This document shows positions 31,011 to 41,484 of a DNA stretch of 64,000 bases, in pieces. The stretch lies in contig CAVPOM010000012.1 in the NCBI GenBank assembly GCA_963707025.1, positions 128,001 to 192,000 on the forward strand, written 5' to 3'. The notes under the pieces were generated by a model. It made no database searches. It was not told where the DNA came from and was given only the letters and a program-made list of their open reading frames with translations. The stretch is from an uncultured Verrucomicrobiae bacterium (GTDB taxonomy: Bacteria; Verrucomicrobiota; Verrucomicrobiia; Limisphaerales; Palsa-1400). Made by a program: the position numbers and the translations under genes. Every line of letters starts with the position of its first letter. The stretch's first letter is position 1.

Positions 31011-34000
31011 ATGAAACTCACTCTCGTTGGGATTGCCTCCGCCCTGGCCTTGGCCCTGGGCCTTTGGAGCGGCGGCTGCGCCGTCGCACAACACGGCGCC
31101 GTCGCGCAACACGCGGCCGGCGCGCCACCAGCCGGCGGGCCCTTGGATTTAAGGAAAGACCCGACGCTTTATCTTGTCGGCTACGCGCATTTGGACACCG
31201 AATGGCGCTGGGAATACCCGCAGGTCATCCAGGAATACCTGGCCAAGACCCTCTTGGATAATTTTGCGCTGCTTGAAAAGTATCCGCATTACGTCTTCAA
31301 TTTCACCGGGGCTTATCGCTACAAGCTGTTCAAGGAATATTACCCCGAGGATTACAAGAAACTGCAGCATTACGTCGCCGCCGGCCGCTGGTTCCCCGCC
31401 GGCTCCTCCGTGGATGAGGGCGACGTTAACTCCCCCAATGCCGAGTCCATTATCCGCCAGGTTCTTTACGGCAACGGGTATTTCCGCCATGATTTTGGCA
31501 AGGCCAGCGCGGAGTATATGCTGCCGGATTGCTTTGGCTTCCCCGCCTCCCTGCCCAGCATCCTGGCCCATGCCGGGATCAAGGGTTTCTCCACCCAGAA
31601 ACTTTCCTCCAACTGGCAGCCGGCCCCCGTGGTGGGCGGGACCAATTCGCCGGAACAAACCCCGCCGGGCATTCCCTTCAATGTGGGGATCTGGGTGGGC
31701 ACGGATGGCCAGAGTGTCATTGCGGCGCTCAATCCGGGCAGCTATGGCGGCTCGATCAACAGCGATCTGTCCAAGAGTCCCGCCGCCAGACCCCCCTCGG
31801 CCACGGATCTGGCCGTCGCGCCCTACGCCCGCCGCGGCGGCCCGGAAGACTGGCCCAGACGAATCCAGATTGACGGCGAAGCGAGCGGGATCTTTGCCGA
31901 TTTCCATTATTACGGCACGGGCGACACCGGTGGCTCCCCGACGCCCGGTTCGGTGAGAATGATGGAAGCCATCGTTACCAAAAGCAAGATCGTGCCGTCC
32001 TCCGCAGGCAGGCGCGGCCAGCCTGCCAGCCGGCCCCGGCGCAGTGCCGGTGCAGATGGGCGATGGTCCGGTCCGCGTCATTTCCGGCAAAGCGGACCAA
32101 ATGTTTTTGGACATCCTGGCGGCCAGGCCGGACTTCTCCAAATTTCCCCATTACACCGGCGACTTGGAACTGATTAATCACTCCGCCGGTTCGCTCACTT
32201 CCGAGGGCTATCGCAAGCGTTGGAACCGGAAAAAGGAATTGCTGGCCGATGCCGCTGAAAAAGCATCCCTGGCCGCCTCCTGGCTGGGCGCCCGCCCCTA
32301 TCCCCAGGAACGGTTGAACAATGCCTGGATGCTCACTTTGGAAGGCCAGATGCACGACATTCTTCCCGGCACGGCCACGCCCAAGGCCTACGAATTTGTC
32401 TGGAACGACGACGTCATTGCCATGAACCAATTTTCCGACGTGCTGACCAGCGCCGCCGAGGGAGTGGCGTCCGGTTTGGATACCCAGGTCCAGGGCACGG
32501 CGGTTGTCGTCTATAACCCGTTGAACGTCGCGCGGGAGGATGTGGTGGAGGCCGACCTGCGCCTGCCGGACGGGACCAAGGCCACCCAAGTTCGTGTGCT
32601 CGGGCCGGATGGACGGGAAACCTTGTCGCAGGTGTCCAATGGCAAGGTGTTATTCCTGGCCTCGGCGCCGCCGGTCGGATTTACCGTCTATGATGTGCAA
32701 CCCGGCGCGGCCGGATCGGCCACTTCTGCCTTGAAAGCCACTGAAACTTCCCTGGAAAACGCCCGTTACCGCCTGCAAGTGGACGCCAATGGCGATGTCT
32801 CCGGCATTTTTGACAAAGCGCTCAACCACGAACTGCTGGCCGCGCCCATCCGCCTGGCCATCAAGACGGACAACCCGCAAAACTGGCCGGCGTGGAACAT
32901 GGATTATGACCAGGAAATCGCCCCGCCGCGCGCCTATGTGGGCGGGACGCCCAGAATCCGCGTCGTGGAAAACGGCCCCGTCCGCGTGGCCGTGGAAGTG
33001 GCGCGGGAAACGGAAGGCTCCAGATTTGTGCAGACCATCCGCCTGGCGGCGGGGGAGGCTGGCAGCCGGGTGGAGTTTTTCAATGTGATTGACTGGAGAA
33101 GCACCAACTGCAATCTCAAGGCCTGCTTCCCGCTGACCGCGTCCAATCCCAACGCCACCTATAACTGGGACGTGGGCACCATCCAGCGCCCGACCGAGAC
33201 GCTGCGGCAGTTTGAGGTCGCCTCCCACCAGTGGATTGATTTGACCGACCAGAGCGGCAGTTACGGCGCCACCGTGCTGACCGACTGCAAGAACGGATCG
33301 GACAAGCCGGACGACCACACCTTGCGCTTGACCCTGATCCGCACCCCCGGCGCGCGCGGTGGTTATCCCGACCAGGCCACCCAGGATTTGGGCCATCACG
33401 AGTTGGTCTTCGGCCTGGCCGGCCACGCGGGCGACTGGCGCCAGGGCCAGACCGATTGGCAAGGCCAGCGCCTGAACCAGCCGCTCATCGCCTTTGAGAG
33501 CGCCAAGCACCCGGGCCCATTGGGCAAGAACCTCTCCTTGCTCAATCTGAGCACCAGCCGGGTCCGGGTGCTCGCTTTGAAAAAGGCGGAGGAGAGCGAT
33601 GAAATCATCCTCCGCATGGTCGAACTGGATGGCAAGGCCAACCCTGGCGTGCAGGTTGGCTTCGCCGCTCCCGTGCTGGCGGCCCGCGAGGTCAATGGAC
33701 AGGAACAGCCCGTCGGCCCGGCCGTGATCGCGGATGGAAAACTGCGGGTGGATTTTACGCCCTACCAGCCGCGCACTTTTGCCGTCAAATTGGGCGCCCC
33801 GCCGGCCCAGGTTGCGCCAGTCAAATCGCAGCCGGTGCCCCTGGAGTACAGCCGCTCGGTTTCGAGCCTGCACGGCAAGGAGGCGATGATCGGCTTCGAT
33901 GACGTGGGCAACGCCTTGCCCGGGGAACTGCTGCCCAGGGAACTGTTTTACAACGGGATTCGTTTTGTGCTGGGGCCGGGCGAGCAAGGCAAGCCCAACG

Positions 34001-34542
34001 CCTTGGAAACGCAGGGGCAAACGATCTCGTTGCCCGGCGGGACCTTCAACCGGGTTTACTTGCTGGCGGCCGCCGCCCAGCAAGGCGGAGAGCAGTTGGG
34101 GGGATTCCAGGATCAAACCGCGGTCTTCAAGGTCGGCGACCAATCCACGCCGCTGACGATTCAGAATTGGGGCGGCTACATCGGCCAGTGGGACAACCGC
34201 CTTTGGTCAACCCGCCAGGAAGCGGTCGCTTCGGGCGCGCGCCGCGGCGGCGGGGGCATGCGGACGGTGACGACGATGACGGGCTTGGTGCCGGGATACA
34301 TCAAGCGGACGCCGCTGGCCTGGTATGCTTCGCACCATCATGTCGCCGACGGCTCCTCCGTGCCGTATGCCTACTCCTACCTCTTTGCCTATGAGTTGGA
34401 TATTCCGCCGGGCGCCACCACGCTGACCCTGCCGAACAACAACAACATTCGCATCATGGCCGTGACGGTGGCGGACGTCAGCGGCAAAGCCGCTCCCGCC
34501 GCGCCGCTCTATGACACCCTGGAAAGAACCGCGGAGGAGTAA
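31011..34542 (+). CDS. GH38 alpha-mannosidase paralog (probable lipoprotein); +1 frameshift at about 32000-32043
   Basis: Same motifs as 24965-28387; ORFs 30948 and 32044 are colinear halves. Confidence 0.88.
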
Positions 34543-34766
34543 AAAATTATAAATCAAGAATCTTCATTTCCCAGGGCAGGGACGGCGCGCTGCGCCGTCC
34601 GGGCGTCGCACCGCGACGCCCCCTCCTTTGGAGAATCTTGTCCTGCACCCGTGAGCCGGGACGGGTGAATTTTGGAGTGGCCGCGCGAATCAGACCTGCT
34701 AATGTGCGCGACTGAACCCGGCGAATGAATCCGCAACCTGGAACGAACATATAGAGAGGACAACCA

Positions 34767-35939
34767 ATGAAATTGAAAACGCTACCGATATTCCTGGCCT
34801 TTCTTGTCATGGGCGTCGCCGACGCCATGGGGCCGATGAGCAAAGCTGCCAAGGAAGCTTACAACATCAGCACCGTCATGGCCAAGCTCCTGCCCTTCTT
34901 TGTCTTCATCGCCTTTGCGGCGCTGAGTGTTCCGGGCGGCCTGCTCGCCGCGCGCATCGGAAAAAAGAAACTGCTCCTCACCGGCCTCGCTCTGAACACC
35001 GTCGCCGTGGCCGTCCCCACTTTCATCGTGCCCAATTTCCAGTTGCTTTTGGCCTGCATCTTCCTGCTGGGCGTTGGCACGACTTTTTTGCAAGTGGCAG
35101 GCAACCCCATCATGCGGGATGTCAGCGCCGCGGGCGCCTACAGCCGCAATCTGGCCTTTGCCCAGGGAATCAAAGGCATTGGCAGCTTCGGCTCCACCGC
35201 CCTGCTCGCCCTGGTGGCCGCCATCCCCTTCCTGGCGGAAAGGCAATGGCGCGGAGCTTTCCCGGTTTATCTGGTGCTGATGGTGCTGACCTTTATCAGC
35301 GTCGCCGGCTTGAAGATCGAGGAAGCCAAAGCCGACGTGCCTCCCAGTATTGGATCATCTCTTGGACTTCTGAAAGAGCCTGTCTTCGCTTTGGCTGTTC
35401 TGGGGATTTTTCTCTACGTGGGCGCTGAGGTCTGCATGACCAGTTCGCTGGAATCCCAGATGAACGCGGTGGGGATCGCGGACAAGTGGGGAAACTATCT
35501 TGGTCCCACCGCCTTCCTCATCGCTCTGACCATCGGTCGCCTGGTCGCGGGCAGCGTCAATGTCAGCCCTCGCACCTTCTTCCGTCTTTCCGCCGCCCTG
35601 GGGCTTGCAGGCGTCTTGCTCATTCTCACCAGCAACCAAATGCTGACGGTGGCGGGGGCCATTCTCGGCGGATTGGGCTTCGCCAATATTTGGCCCATGC
35701 TCTTCTCCATCACCGTCGAAGAAAAACCCCAATGCGCCAACGAACTCAGCGGCCTGATGTGCATGGCCATCTCCGGCGGCGCGCTGGTGCCGCTGCTGAT
35801 GGGCCGGTTGGTGGATAACGGCATGAAAGCCATGTCCTTCATCGTTCCCGCCGTCTGCTTTGCCTACCTGCTGCTGCTCTCGCTCAAGGGGGGCAGAAGA
35901 CCGGCAGCCCCGGCCCCCACACCCGCCCCGGCAGCCTGA
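34767..35939 (+). CDS. MFS sugar transporter (GluP/FucP-like)
   Basis: LQVAGNP, GIFLYVGAEV, ANIWP, MAISGGA. Confidence 0.88.
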   Translation: MKLKTLPIFLAFLVMGVADAMGPMSKAAKEAYNISTVMAKLLPFFVFIAFAALSVPGGLLAARIGKKKLLLTGLALNTVAVAVPTFIVPNFQLLLACIFLLGVGTTFLQVAGNPIMRDVSAAGAYSRNLAFAQGIKGIGSFGSTALLALVAAIPFLAERQWRGAFPVYLVLMVLTFISVAGLKIEEAKADVPPSIGSSLGLLKEPVFALAVLGIFLYVGAEVCMTSSLESQMNAVGIADKWGNYLGPTAFLIALTIGRLVAGSVNVSPRTFFRLSAALGLAGVLLILTSNQMLTVAGAILGGLGFANIWPMLFSITVEEKPQCANELSGLMCMAISGGALVPLLMGRLVDNGMKAMSFIVPAVCFAYLLLLSLKGGRRPAAPAPTPAPAA

Positions 35940-35940
35940 A

Positions 35941-36050
35941 CCAATCCCCCATCGCCATGGCCCCTGCTCGCGGGCTTGATCAAAGCGAATTCTGATTACT
36001 AACTTGACGAAGGAGATTAAGATTAGGATTAAGATTAAGATTAGGAGCAG
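35941..36050 (+). repeat. Four-helix-bundle-like remnant with (GATTAR)5 array (copy B)
   Basis: Core GCGGGCTTGATCAAAGC.AATTCTGAT...GAAGGAGATTAA shared with copy A; left array reduced to CCAATCCC. Confidence 0.7.
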
Positions 36051-36074
36051 ACCCAAGAGAATAAAAGGCCAGCC

Positions 36075-37181
36075 ATGAATTACGACAAAGACAAGCGGAT
36101 CGTCATGACCCTTGACGCGGGCGGAACTAATTTCCGGTTTTCCGCCATGCGCGGCCACAAGGCGGTCACCAAAACCGTCGCCATGCCCTCCAACGGCGAC
36201 AACTTGGAACGCTGCCTGGCCAACCTGGTGGCGGGCTTCACCGAGGTGAAAAAACAATGCCCCAAACCGCCCGCGGCCATCAGCTTCGCCTTCCCCGGCC
36301 CGGCCGATTATCCCAACGGCATCATCGGCGACCTGGGCAACCTGCCGGGTTTCCGCGGCGGCATCGCCCTCGGTCCCATGCTGGAGGATAAATTCGGCGT
36401 CCCGGTCTTCATCAACAATGACGGCGACCTGTTCGTCTATGGCGAAGCCATTGCCGGCTTCCTGCCCCATGTCAACGGATTGCTGGCCAAGGCCGGCAGC
36501 CCGAAGCGTTACAAAAATCTTTTTGGCGTCGCGCTCGGCACCGGCTTCGGCGGCGGCATCGTGCGCGACGGCGAACTGTTCCTCGGCGACAATTCGATGG
36601 CGGGGGAAGTCTGGCTGTTGCGCAACAAACTCGCTCCCGCCATGAACGCGGAGGAAGGCGCCAGCATCCGCGCCGTCCGCCGTGTCTATGCGGAAAAGAG
36701 CGGCCTGGCCTTCGAGCAGGCGCCGGAACCCAAAGTCATTTTCGACATCGGCCTGGGCAAACAGACCGGCAACAAGCAAGCGGCCGTGGAAGCCTTCCGC
36801 CGTCTCGGCGAAGTCGTCGGCGACGCCATGGGCAACGCGCTGACCTTGCTGGACGGCCTGGCGGTGGTCGGCGGCGGAGTGTCCGGGGCGTGGCCTTTGT
36901 TCCTGCCCGCGCTGGTGGATGAACTGAACAGCACCTACACCGGACCCAAGGGCAATAAATTTCGCCGCCTGGTGCAGGTGGCCTTCAACCTGGAAGACAA
37001 AGAGCAGTTGCAACAATTCCTCAAGGGCCAGACCCGCGAGGTCACCGTGCCGGGCAGCCGGCGCAAGCTCAAATACGATCCGCTGGCGCGCCTTGGCGTC
37101 GGCATGTCCCGCCTGGGCACCAGCGAGGCGGTGGCCATCGGCGCCTGCTCCTTTGCCTTGCGCAAACTGGATCAAGCCTGA
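36075..37181 (+). CDS. ROK-family sugar kinase
   Basis: LDAGGTN, FPGP, INNDGD, LGTGFGGGIV..G, AGEV. Confidence 0.92.
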   Translation: MNYDKDKRIVMTLDAGGTNFRFSAMRGHKAVTKTVAMPSNGDNLERCLANLVAGFTEVKKQCPKPPAAISFAFPGPADYPNGIIGDLGNLPGFRGGIALGPMLEDKFGVPVFINNDGDLFVYGEAIAGFLPHVNGLLAKAGSPKRYKNLFGVALGTGFGGGIVRDGELFLGDNSMAGEVWLLRNKLAPAMNAEEGASIRAVRRVYAEKSGLAFEQAPEPKVIFDIGLGKQTGNKQAAVEAFRRLGEVVGDAMGNALTLLDGLAVVGGGVSGAWPLFLPALVDELNSTYTGPKGNKFRRLVQVAFNLEDKEQLQQFLKGQTREVTVPGSRRKLKYDPLARLGVGMSRLGTSEAVAIGACSFALRKLDQA

Positions 37182-37215
37182 TGGGCGCGGGTCACCTTTT
37201 GGAGTGGAGTTTTCC

Positions 37216-37320
37216 TAATCTTAATCCTAATCTTAATCTTAATCCCGATTTTCCGACCAGGATCGCGGGCTTGATCAAAACTGAAAAGGAGATTAAGATT
37301 AGGATTAAGATTAAGAGCAA
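37216..37320 (+). repeat. Inverted hexamer arrays around a minimal remnant core (copy C)
   Basis: (TAATCY)5 - CGACCAGGATCGCGGGCTTGATCAAA...AAGGA - (GATTAR)4. Confidence 0.75.
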
Positions 37321-37329
37321 AATCCCTAT

Positions 37330-37800
37330 ATGAAACTTTGTTCCCTTGCCCTCACCTTCGCGGCGGCCGCCGCCCTTCTGTGCCACACCGCGGTTCGCGC
37401 GGCGGACGAGCCGGCGCTGATGGAGCCGGTCAAGTCCGTTCTCAACCACTACTTGACGATCCAGACCAACCTCGCCAGCGACACCCTGAAAGGCCTGGAC
37501 GAACAGGCCAAAGCCATCGCCGCCGCCGTCAAAGGCGACGCGATGAAAATGCTGCCGCCCGAGGTGGCCAGGCAGGCGGAAACGCTCGCCCAAGCCAAGG
37601 ACCTGAAAGCCGCCCGCGAGGCCTTCAAGCCCCTCAGCGCGTCGCTGATCAAATATCTGGCTGATAAAAAAGCCGGCAAAGGGGTTTATCACGAGGTTTA
37701 TTGCCCGATGGCCAATGCCAGTTGGTTGCAAACGGGCAAGGACATCAGAAATCCCTTCTACGGCAAAGAGATGCTCGACTGCGGCGAGATTAAGAGTTGA
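37330..37800 (+). CDS. DUF3347-like secreted metal-binding protein
   Basis: Signal peptide; YL.IQ..LA.D; YCPMA..SWLQ....IRNPFYG..ML.CG. Confidence 0.85.
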   Translation: MKLCSLALTFAAAAALLCHTAVRAADEPALMEPVKSVLNHYLTIQTNLASDTLKGLDEQAKAIAAAVKGDAMKMLPPEVARQAETLAQAKDLKAAREAFKPLSASLIKYLADKKAGKGVYHEVYCPMANASWLQTGKDIRNPFYGKEMLDCGEIKS

Positions 37801-37882
37801 CCGGGGCGTTGCCCATCTGCCGGTGTGTCCTGCCCGGCATTTCTTGAATACCGGGCTGGTTCTGCTATTCTGGGCGCCGAAG

Positions 37883-39457
37883 ATGAAGCGCATCATTCTG
37901 TTGGCTTGGTTTTTCGCCGCCGCCGCCCCCCTGCCGGGCGGGATTCTGCCCGGGATCGAGGCCGTGCAGGTGACGTTCGACACGGTGGCCAGCAAGGCGG
38001 AGCAGCGCGCCCGCAAACCGTTCCGTTCGCCCAAGGCCGACTTGCCCGAATTTCTGCGCAATCTGAGCTACGACAGTTATCGGGAAATTGAATTCCGCCA
38101 TGACCGGGCGCTCTGGGCGGATGGAAAAAGCCCGTTCCGCGTGGAGTTTTTTCATCCCGGCTATCTTTACCAGGAACCGGTGCATTGCAACGAATTCACC
38201 CTGACCCACGCCCAGCCCATCCGGTTTGTGCAGGATTTTTTTGATTACCGGCAGTTGCAGATGCCCCAGAAGATTCCCGCCGACACCGGCTATGCCGGCT
38301 TCCGCCTGCTCCATCCGCTGAACTCCACCAACAAATGGGATGAGCTGGGGGCCTTTATCGGCGCCAGCTACTTCCGGCTCCTCGGCGCGGGACAAACCTA
38401 CGGCGCTTCCGCCCGCGGCCTGGCCTTGGATTGCGGGGGCAATGACCGCCCGGAGGAGTTTCCCGTGTGGACGGATTGGTGGCTGGGCAAACCGCAACCC
38501 AATGACAAAGTGTTGCTGCTCTATGGCATTTTGGACAGCGTCAGTTGCGCGGGGGCTTATTCGTTTATCATCCGGCCCGGCTCACCCACCAACCAGACCA
38601 CGGTGGTGAAAGTCGAGGCGGTGCTCTATTTTCGCGAGCCGGACCTGGTGCATGCGGTGGATGCGTCTCACAAACCGCTGGCCACCATCGGCCTGGCCCC
38701 GCTCACCAGCATGTTTTGGTTCGGCGAAAACTCCGAACGCAAGTTTGCCGATTACCGGCCGGAAGTTCACGACAGCGACGGCTTGCTCCTGCACCTGGAA
38801 GATGGCGAAATCCTCTGGCGTCCGCTGGACAACGGCCCGGTCATGCGCCACCAGAAGTTTGCCGTCAAGCACATCGGCGGCTTCGGCCTCCTGCAACGCG
38901 ACCGCGATTTCAGCAGTTACCAGGATTTGTTCAACCCCTACCAATCGGTCCCCAGCGTCTGGGTCGAGCCGGAGGGCACCAACTTTGACGACGGGGAAAT
39001 TCATCTGGTCGAACTGACCACGCATTACGAGGGATTGGACAACATCGTCGCGTTTTGGAATCCTTCCACCAAACCCAGGCCGATGCAGCCCTACCGCTTT
39101 GCCTACAACCTCTATTGGACGCGGGAGACGGACATGAGCCTCTCGACCAACAAAGTCATTTCGACCCGCGTGGGAGTGGACCCGCGCAATGCCAATCAGC
39201 GCCAATTTGTTATTGATTTTGATATTCCCAGCCTCGTCTCCGAGGCGGAGCCGCCCAAGGTGGACGCCAGTTGCAGCGAGAACGGGGTCCTGGCTGATAC
39301 CCAGTTGTATTGGAACCGCGCGGCCAGGACTTGGCGGGTCATCCTGCAAATGGCGCCCAAAGCCGGGAACATGGACCCGGTGGATTTGCGCTGCACGTTG
39401 AAAAAAGGCAACGACGCGATCAGCGAAACCTGGACTTACCTCTGGAGCCCGCAGTGA
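37883..39457 (+). CDS. opgG: Periplasmic glucan biosynthesis protein G/D
   Basis: GASYFR, YGASARGLA, EEFP, APLTSMF.FG, RPEVHDSDGL, FGLLQRDR, SETW.Y. Confidence 0.92.
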   Translation: MKRIILLAWFFAAAAPLPGGILPGIEAVQVTFDTVASKAEQRARKPFRSPKADLPEFLRNLSYDSYREIEFRHDRALWADGKSPFRVEFFHPGYLYQEPVHCNEFTLTHAQPIRFVQDFFDYRQLQMPQKIPADTGYAGFRLLHPLNSTNKWDELGAFIGASYFRLLGAGQTYGASARGLALDCGGNDRPEEFPVWTDWWLGKPQPNDKVLLLYGILDSVSCAGAYSFIIRPGSPTNQTTVVKVEAVLYFREPDLVHAVDASHKPLATIGLAPLTSMFWFGENSERKFADYRPEVHDSDGLLLHLEDGEILWRPLDNGPVMRHQKFAVKHIGGFGLLQRDRDFSSYQDLFNPYQSVPSVWVEPEGTNFDDGEIHLVELTTHYEGLDNIVAFWNPSTKPRPMQPYRFAYNLYWTRETDMSLSTNKVISTRVGVDPRNANQRQFVIDFDIPSLVSEAEPPKVDASCSENGVLADTQLYWNRAARTWRVILQMAPKAGNMDPVDLRCTLKKGNDAISETWTYLWSPQ

Positions 39458-39552
39458 GCCTGCCGGGCCGGACTGGGCAGCCCGGCTGTCGGAATTTTGT
39501 CGAAGAAAGCGACGGCAAAATCATGGCGGGCAAAATGCGTCAGTCATGCGTG

Positions 39553-39719
39553 GTAGGGCGAGACTCCGTCGAGCCGAAACTCGATTTGCTGGGAAAAAGT
39601 CACGGCTCGAACAGAGTCTCGCCCTGCTGTTTCCCCGCCGTCAGCCATTGGCGGAGGAACAAACGTCGTGCTGCTGTCGTGCGGCGGGTCCCGATATTTC
39701 GGGACCCGCCCTACCCACC
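39553..39719. repeat. Cluster of GTAG-type REP palindromes
   Basis: Doublet at 39553-39627; hairpin GGCGGGTCCCGA/TCGGGACCCGCC-CTAC at 39679-39719 with an inverted near-identical copy at 60329-60368. Confidence 0.75.
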
Positions 39720-39786
39720 ACTGACGCATTCCGGCGGCGGCCATTCGACCCTTGCGGACGCCGCTCGTGCGCGTATAATTTACTCC

Positions 39787-40362
39787 ATGATGAACGCGGT
39801 CGAGTCCTCTCCAGTACCGTTGCGTGGCGCGCAAATCTGGCCGCTCTCCGTGGCCGCGTATCGCGTCTTGGGCGAGGCCGGGCTGATTCCAAAAAACACG
39901 GAACTCCTCTATGGGTTCGTTTACACCAAAATGTCCAAGTCACCATTTCATAGCTTCCTGGTCATGCGCCTGCTGCGTCTGCTGCGCTCCGTCCTGCCGG
40001 CAACCCACCTGGTGCGTTCGGAACAACCCATCACTTGCCAGGACTCCGAACCGGAACCGGATATTTCTGTCGTTTGTGGAACGGAAAGCGATTTTCTCGC
40101 CGACCACCCTCACACCGCCGAGTTCGTCATCGAAGTCTCGATCACCAGCCATGATTACGATCGCTCGAAACTCCGCGCCTACGCGGGAGCCGGCGTGAAA
40201 GAATGCTGGCTTGTGCTCGGCCCGGATAAGCGGATCGAAGCCTATCGGCAACCCAAGGATGGCCAATTCACGGAACAGTCCCTCCACGGGCCGGGGGGCC
40301 ATCTCACCAGCGCGGCCTTGCCGGAATTCACACTGTCCCTGGACGCCTTCTTCGCCAAATGA
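39787..40362 (+). CDS. Uma2-family PD-(D/E)xK endonuclease
   Basis: EPEPDISVV, VIEVS, D...K...YA.AGV.E.W.V. Confidence 0.88.
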   Translation: MMNAVESSPVPLRGAQIWPLSVAAYRVLGEAGLIPKNTELLYGFVYTKMSKSPFHSFLVMRLLRLLRSVLPATHLVRSEQPITCQDSEPEPDISVVCGTESDFLADHPHTAEFVIEVSITSHDYDRSKLRAYAGAGVKECWLVLGPDKRIEAYRQPKDGQFTEQSLHGPGGHLTSAALPEFTLSLDAFFAK

Positions 40363-40781
40363 CCTTTCCCGCACGAGCACTCGCCTTATTCATTATCGTT
40401 GTCTCGCTGGGCTGTCAGCGAGTTGAAGAGCCAAGACGATTACTTGCAATTGCGAGCAGCTACAATGGACCAGCGGTCGGAGCGGGCGGGCATCCATCCG
40501 GGCCAACAATCAATCAGCGTCACGAGGCATTGCGGGCTTTACTCGCACTTCAGGGTAAGCGATTTAACGTGAATCTTCCACCCATCCCAATCAAGGACAC
40601 GACTGGAATAGACTATGTTCTTGTGGTGACTGAGCAATCATCTAACGTTACTGTTAGGCTCTTGGCTACTCCTACTTTGGTCGCGGATCGAAAGGCACTG
40701 GAGGGCGACTATTGGAGCGTGGAGCAGTTGACGTTCGCCACTGACGGAAGGCTGATCAGTCGCCAGCCTTGGAAAGAGTAG
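40359..40781 (+). CDS. Hypothetical lipoprotein, visibly more AT-rich than its neighbours
   Basis: ATGA overlap with the Uma2 stop; hydrophobic N-terminus with SLGC. Confidence 0.6.
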   Translation: MTFPARALALFIIVVSLGCQRVEEPRRLLAIASSYNGPAVGAGGHPSGPTINQRHEALRALLALQGKRFNVNLPPIPIKDTTGIDYVLVVTEQSSNVTVRLLATPTLVADRKALEGDYWSVEQLTFATDGRLISRQPWKE

Positions 40782-40904
40782 AACCCGACGATTCTTGAAA
40801 ACCGGGCCGGCTTTGCTAATCTGACCGCCGGAAATGAAGAGAGCCATTTCATTGGGCCTGTTTTTTGCCGGGACGCACGTGACCTTGCCCCTTTGGAGCC
40901 CGCC

Positions 40905-41480
40905 ATGAGCCTGCGGGTCCTGACGGAGTCGCCCGGACGTCTGGCGGCGCGCCCGCTGGATGACTGGAACGCCGCCTACACCAAGGTGGAAAGCTACTTT
41001 TACGCCTTGCGGGTGCGCAACAAACTGCTGCTGGGCCAATTGGTCGCGCTGGTCCTGGAACGGGCCATGGTCCGCGCCGTGCAGGAACCGGCCCGCTCCA
41101 CCACCGAACTGGCGGTGGAGGAAATGGACCGCCTGGTCAACGAATGGTTTGCCCAGGTGCTCCAGGATTATTCGGCGGGCGCGGAGATGCTTTCCACGCG
41201 CGGCCGGCTGGCCCTCCTCCTGGCCGATCTGTCCGGCAAATGGCAGGACCAGTTCCTCCGGCCCGGGCCGTGGCCGCCGGAATTTGTGTCCGCCATGCGC
41301 AAAGCTTATTTGCGCGCCGGCCCGGATTTTCAAATTTCCAAAATGGCTCCCCGTCCCCTCAGCCTCGGCCCGATGGCCGCCCTAACCCAGATCGGCCGCC
41401 TGCCTTACGCCAAAATGGCGGCCACCTGGCTCTTGTTCATCGGCCTGCTCGTCTTGCTCTTCATTCTCACCCACGACTGA
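40905..41480 (+). CDS. Hypothetical protein with C-terminal TM helix, immediately upstream of opgH
   Basis: Stop 4 nt before the opgH start; host-like codon usage. Confidence 0.7.
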   Translation: MSLRVLTESPGRLAARPLDDWNAAYTKVESYFYALRVRNKLLLGQLVALVLERAMVRAVQEPARSTTELAVEEMDRLVNEWFAQVLQDYSAGAEMLSTRGRLALLLADLSGKWQDQFLRPGPWPPEFVSAMRKAYLRAGPDFQISKMAPRPLSLGPMAALTQIGRLPYAKMAATWLLFIGLLVLLFILTHD

Positions 41481-41484
41481 CCCC

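Noticed and set aside
32000..32044. Programmed frameshifting in GH38b or the other split genes
   Set aside because: No canonical slippery heptamer seen; the many scattered indels are better explained as errors.
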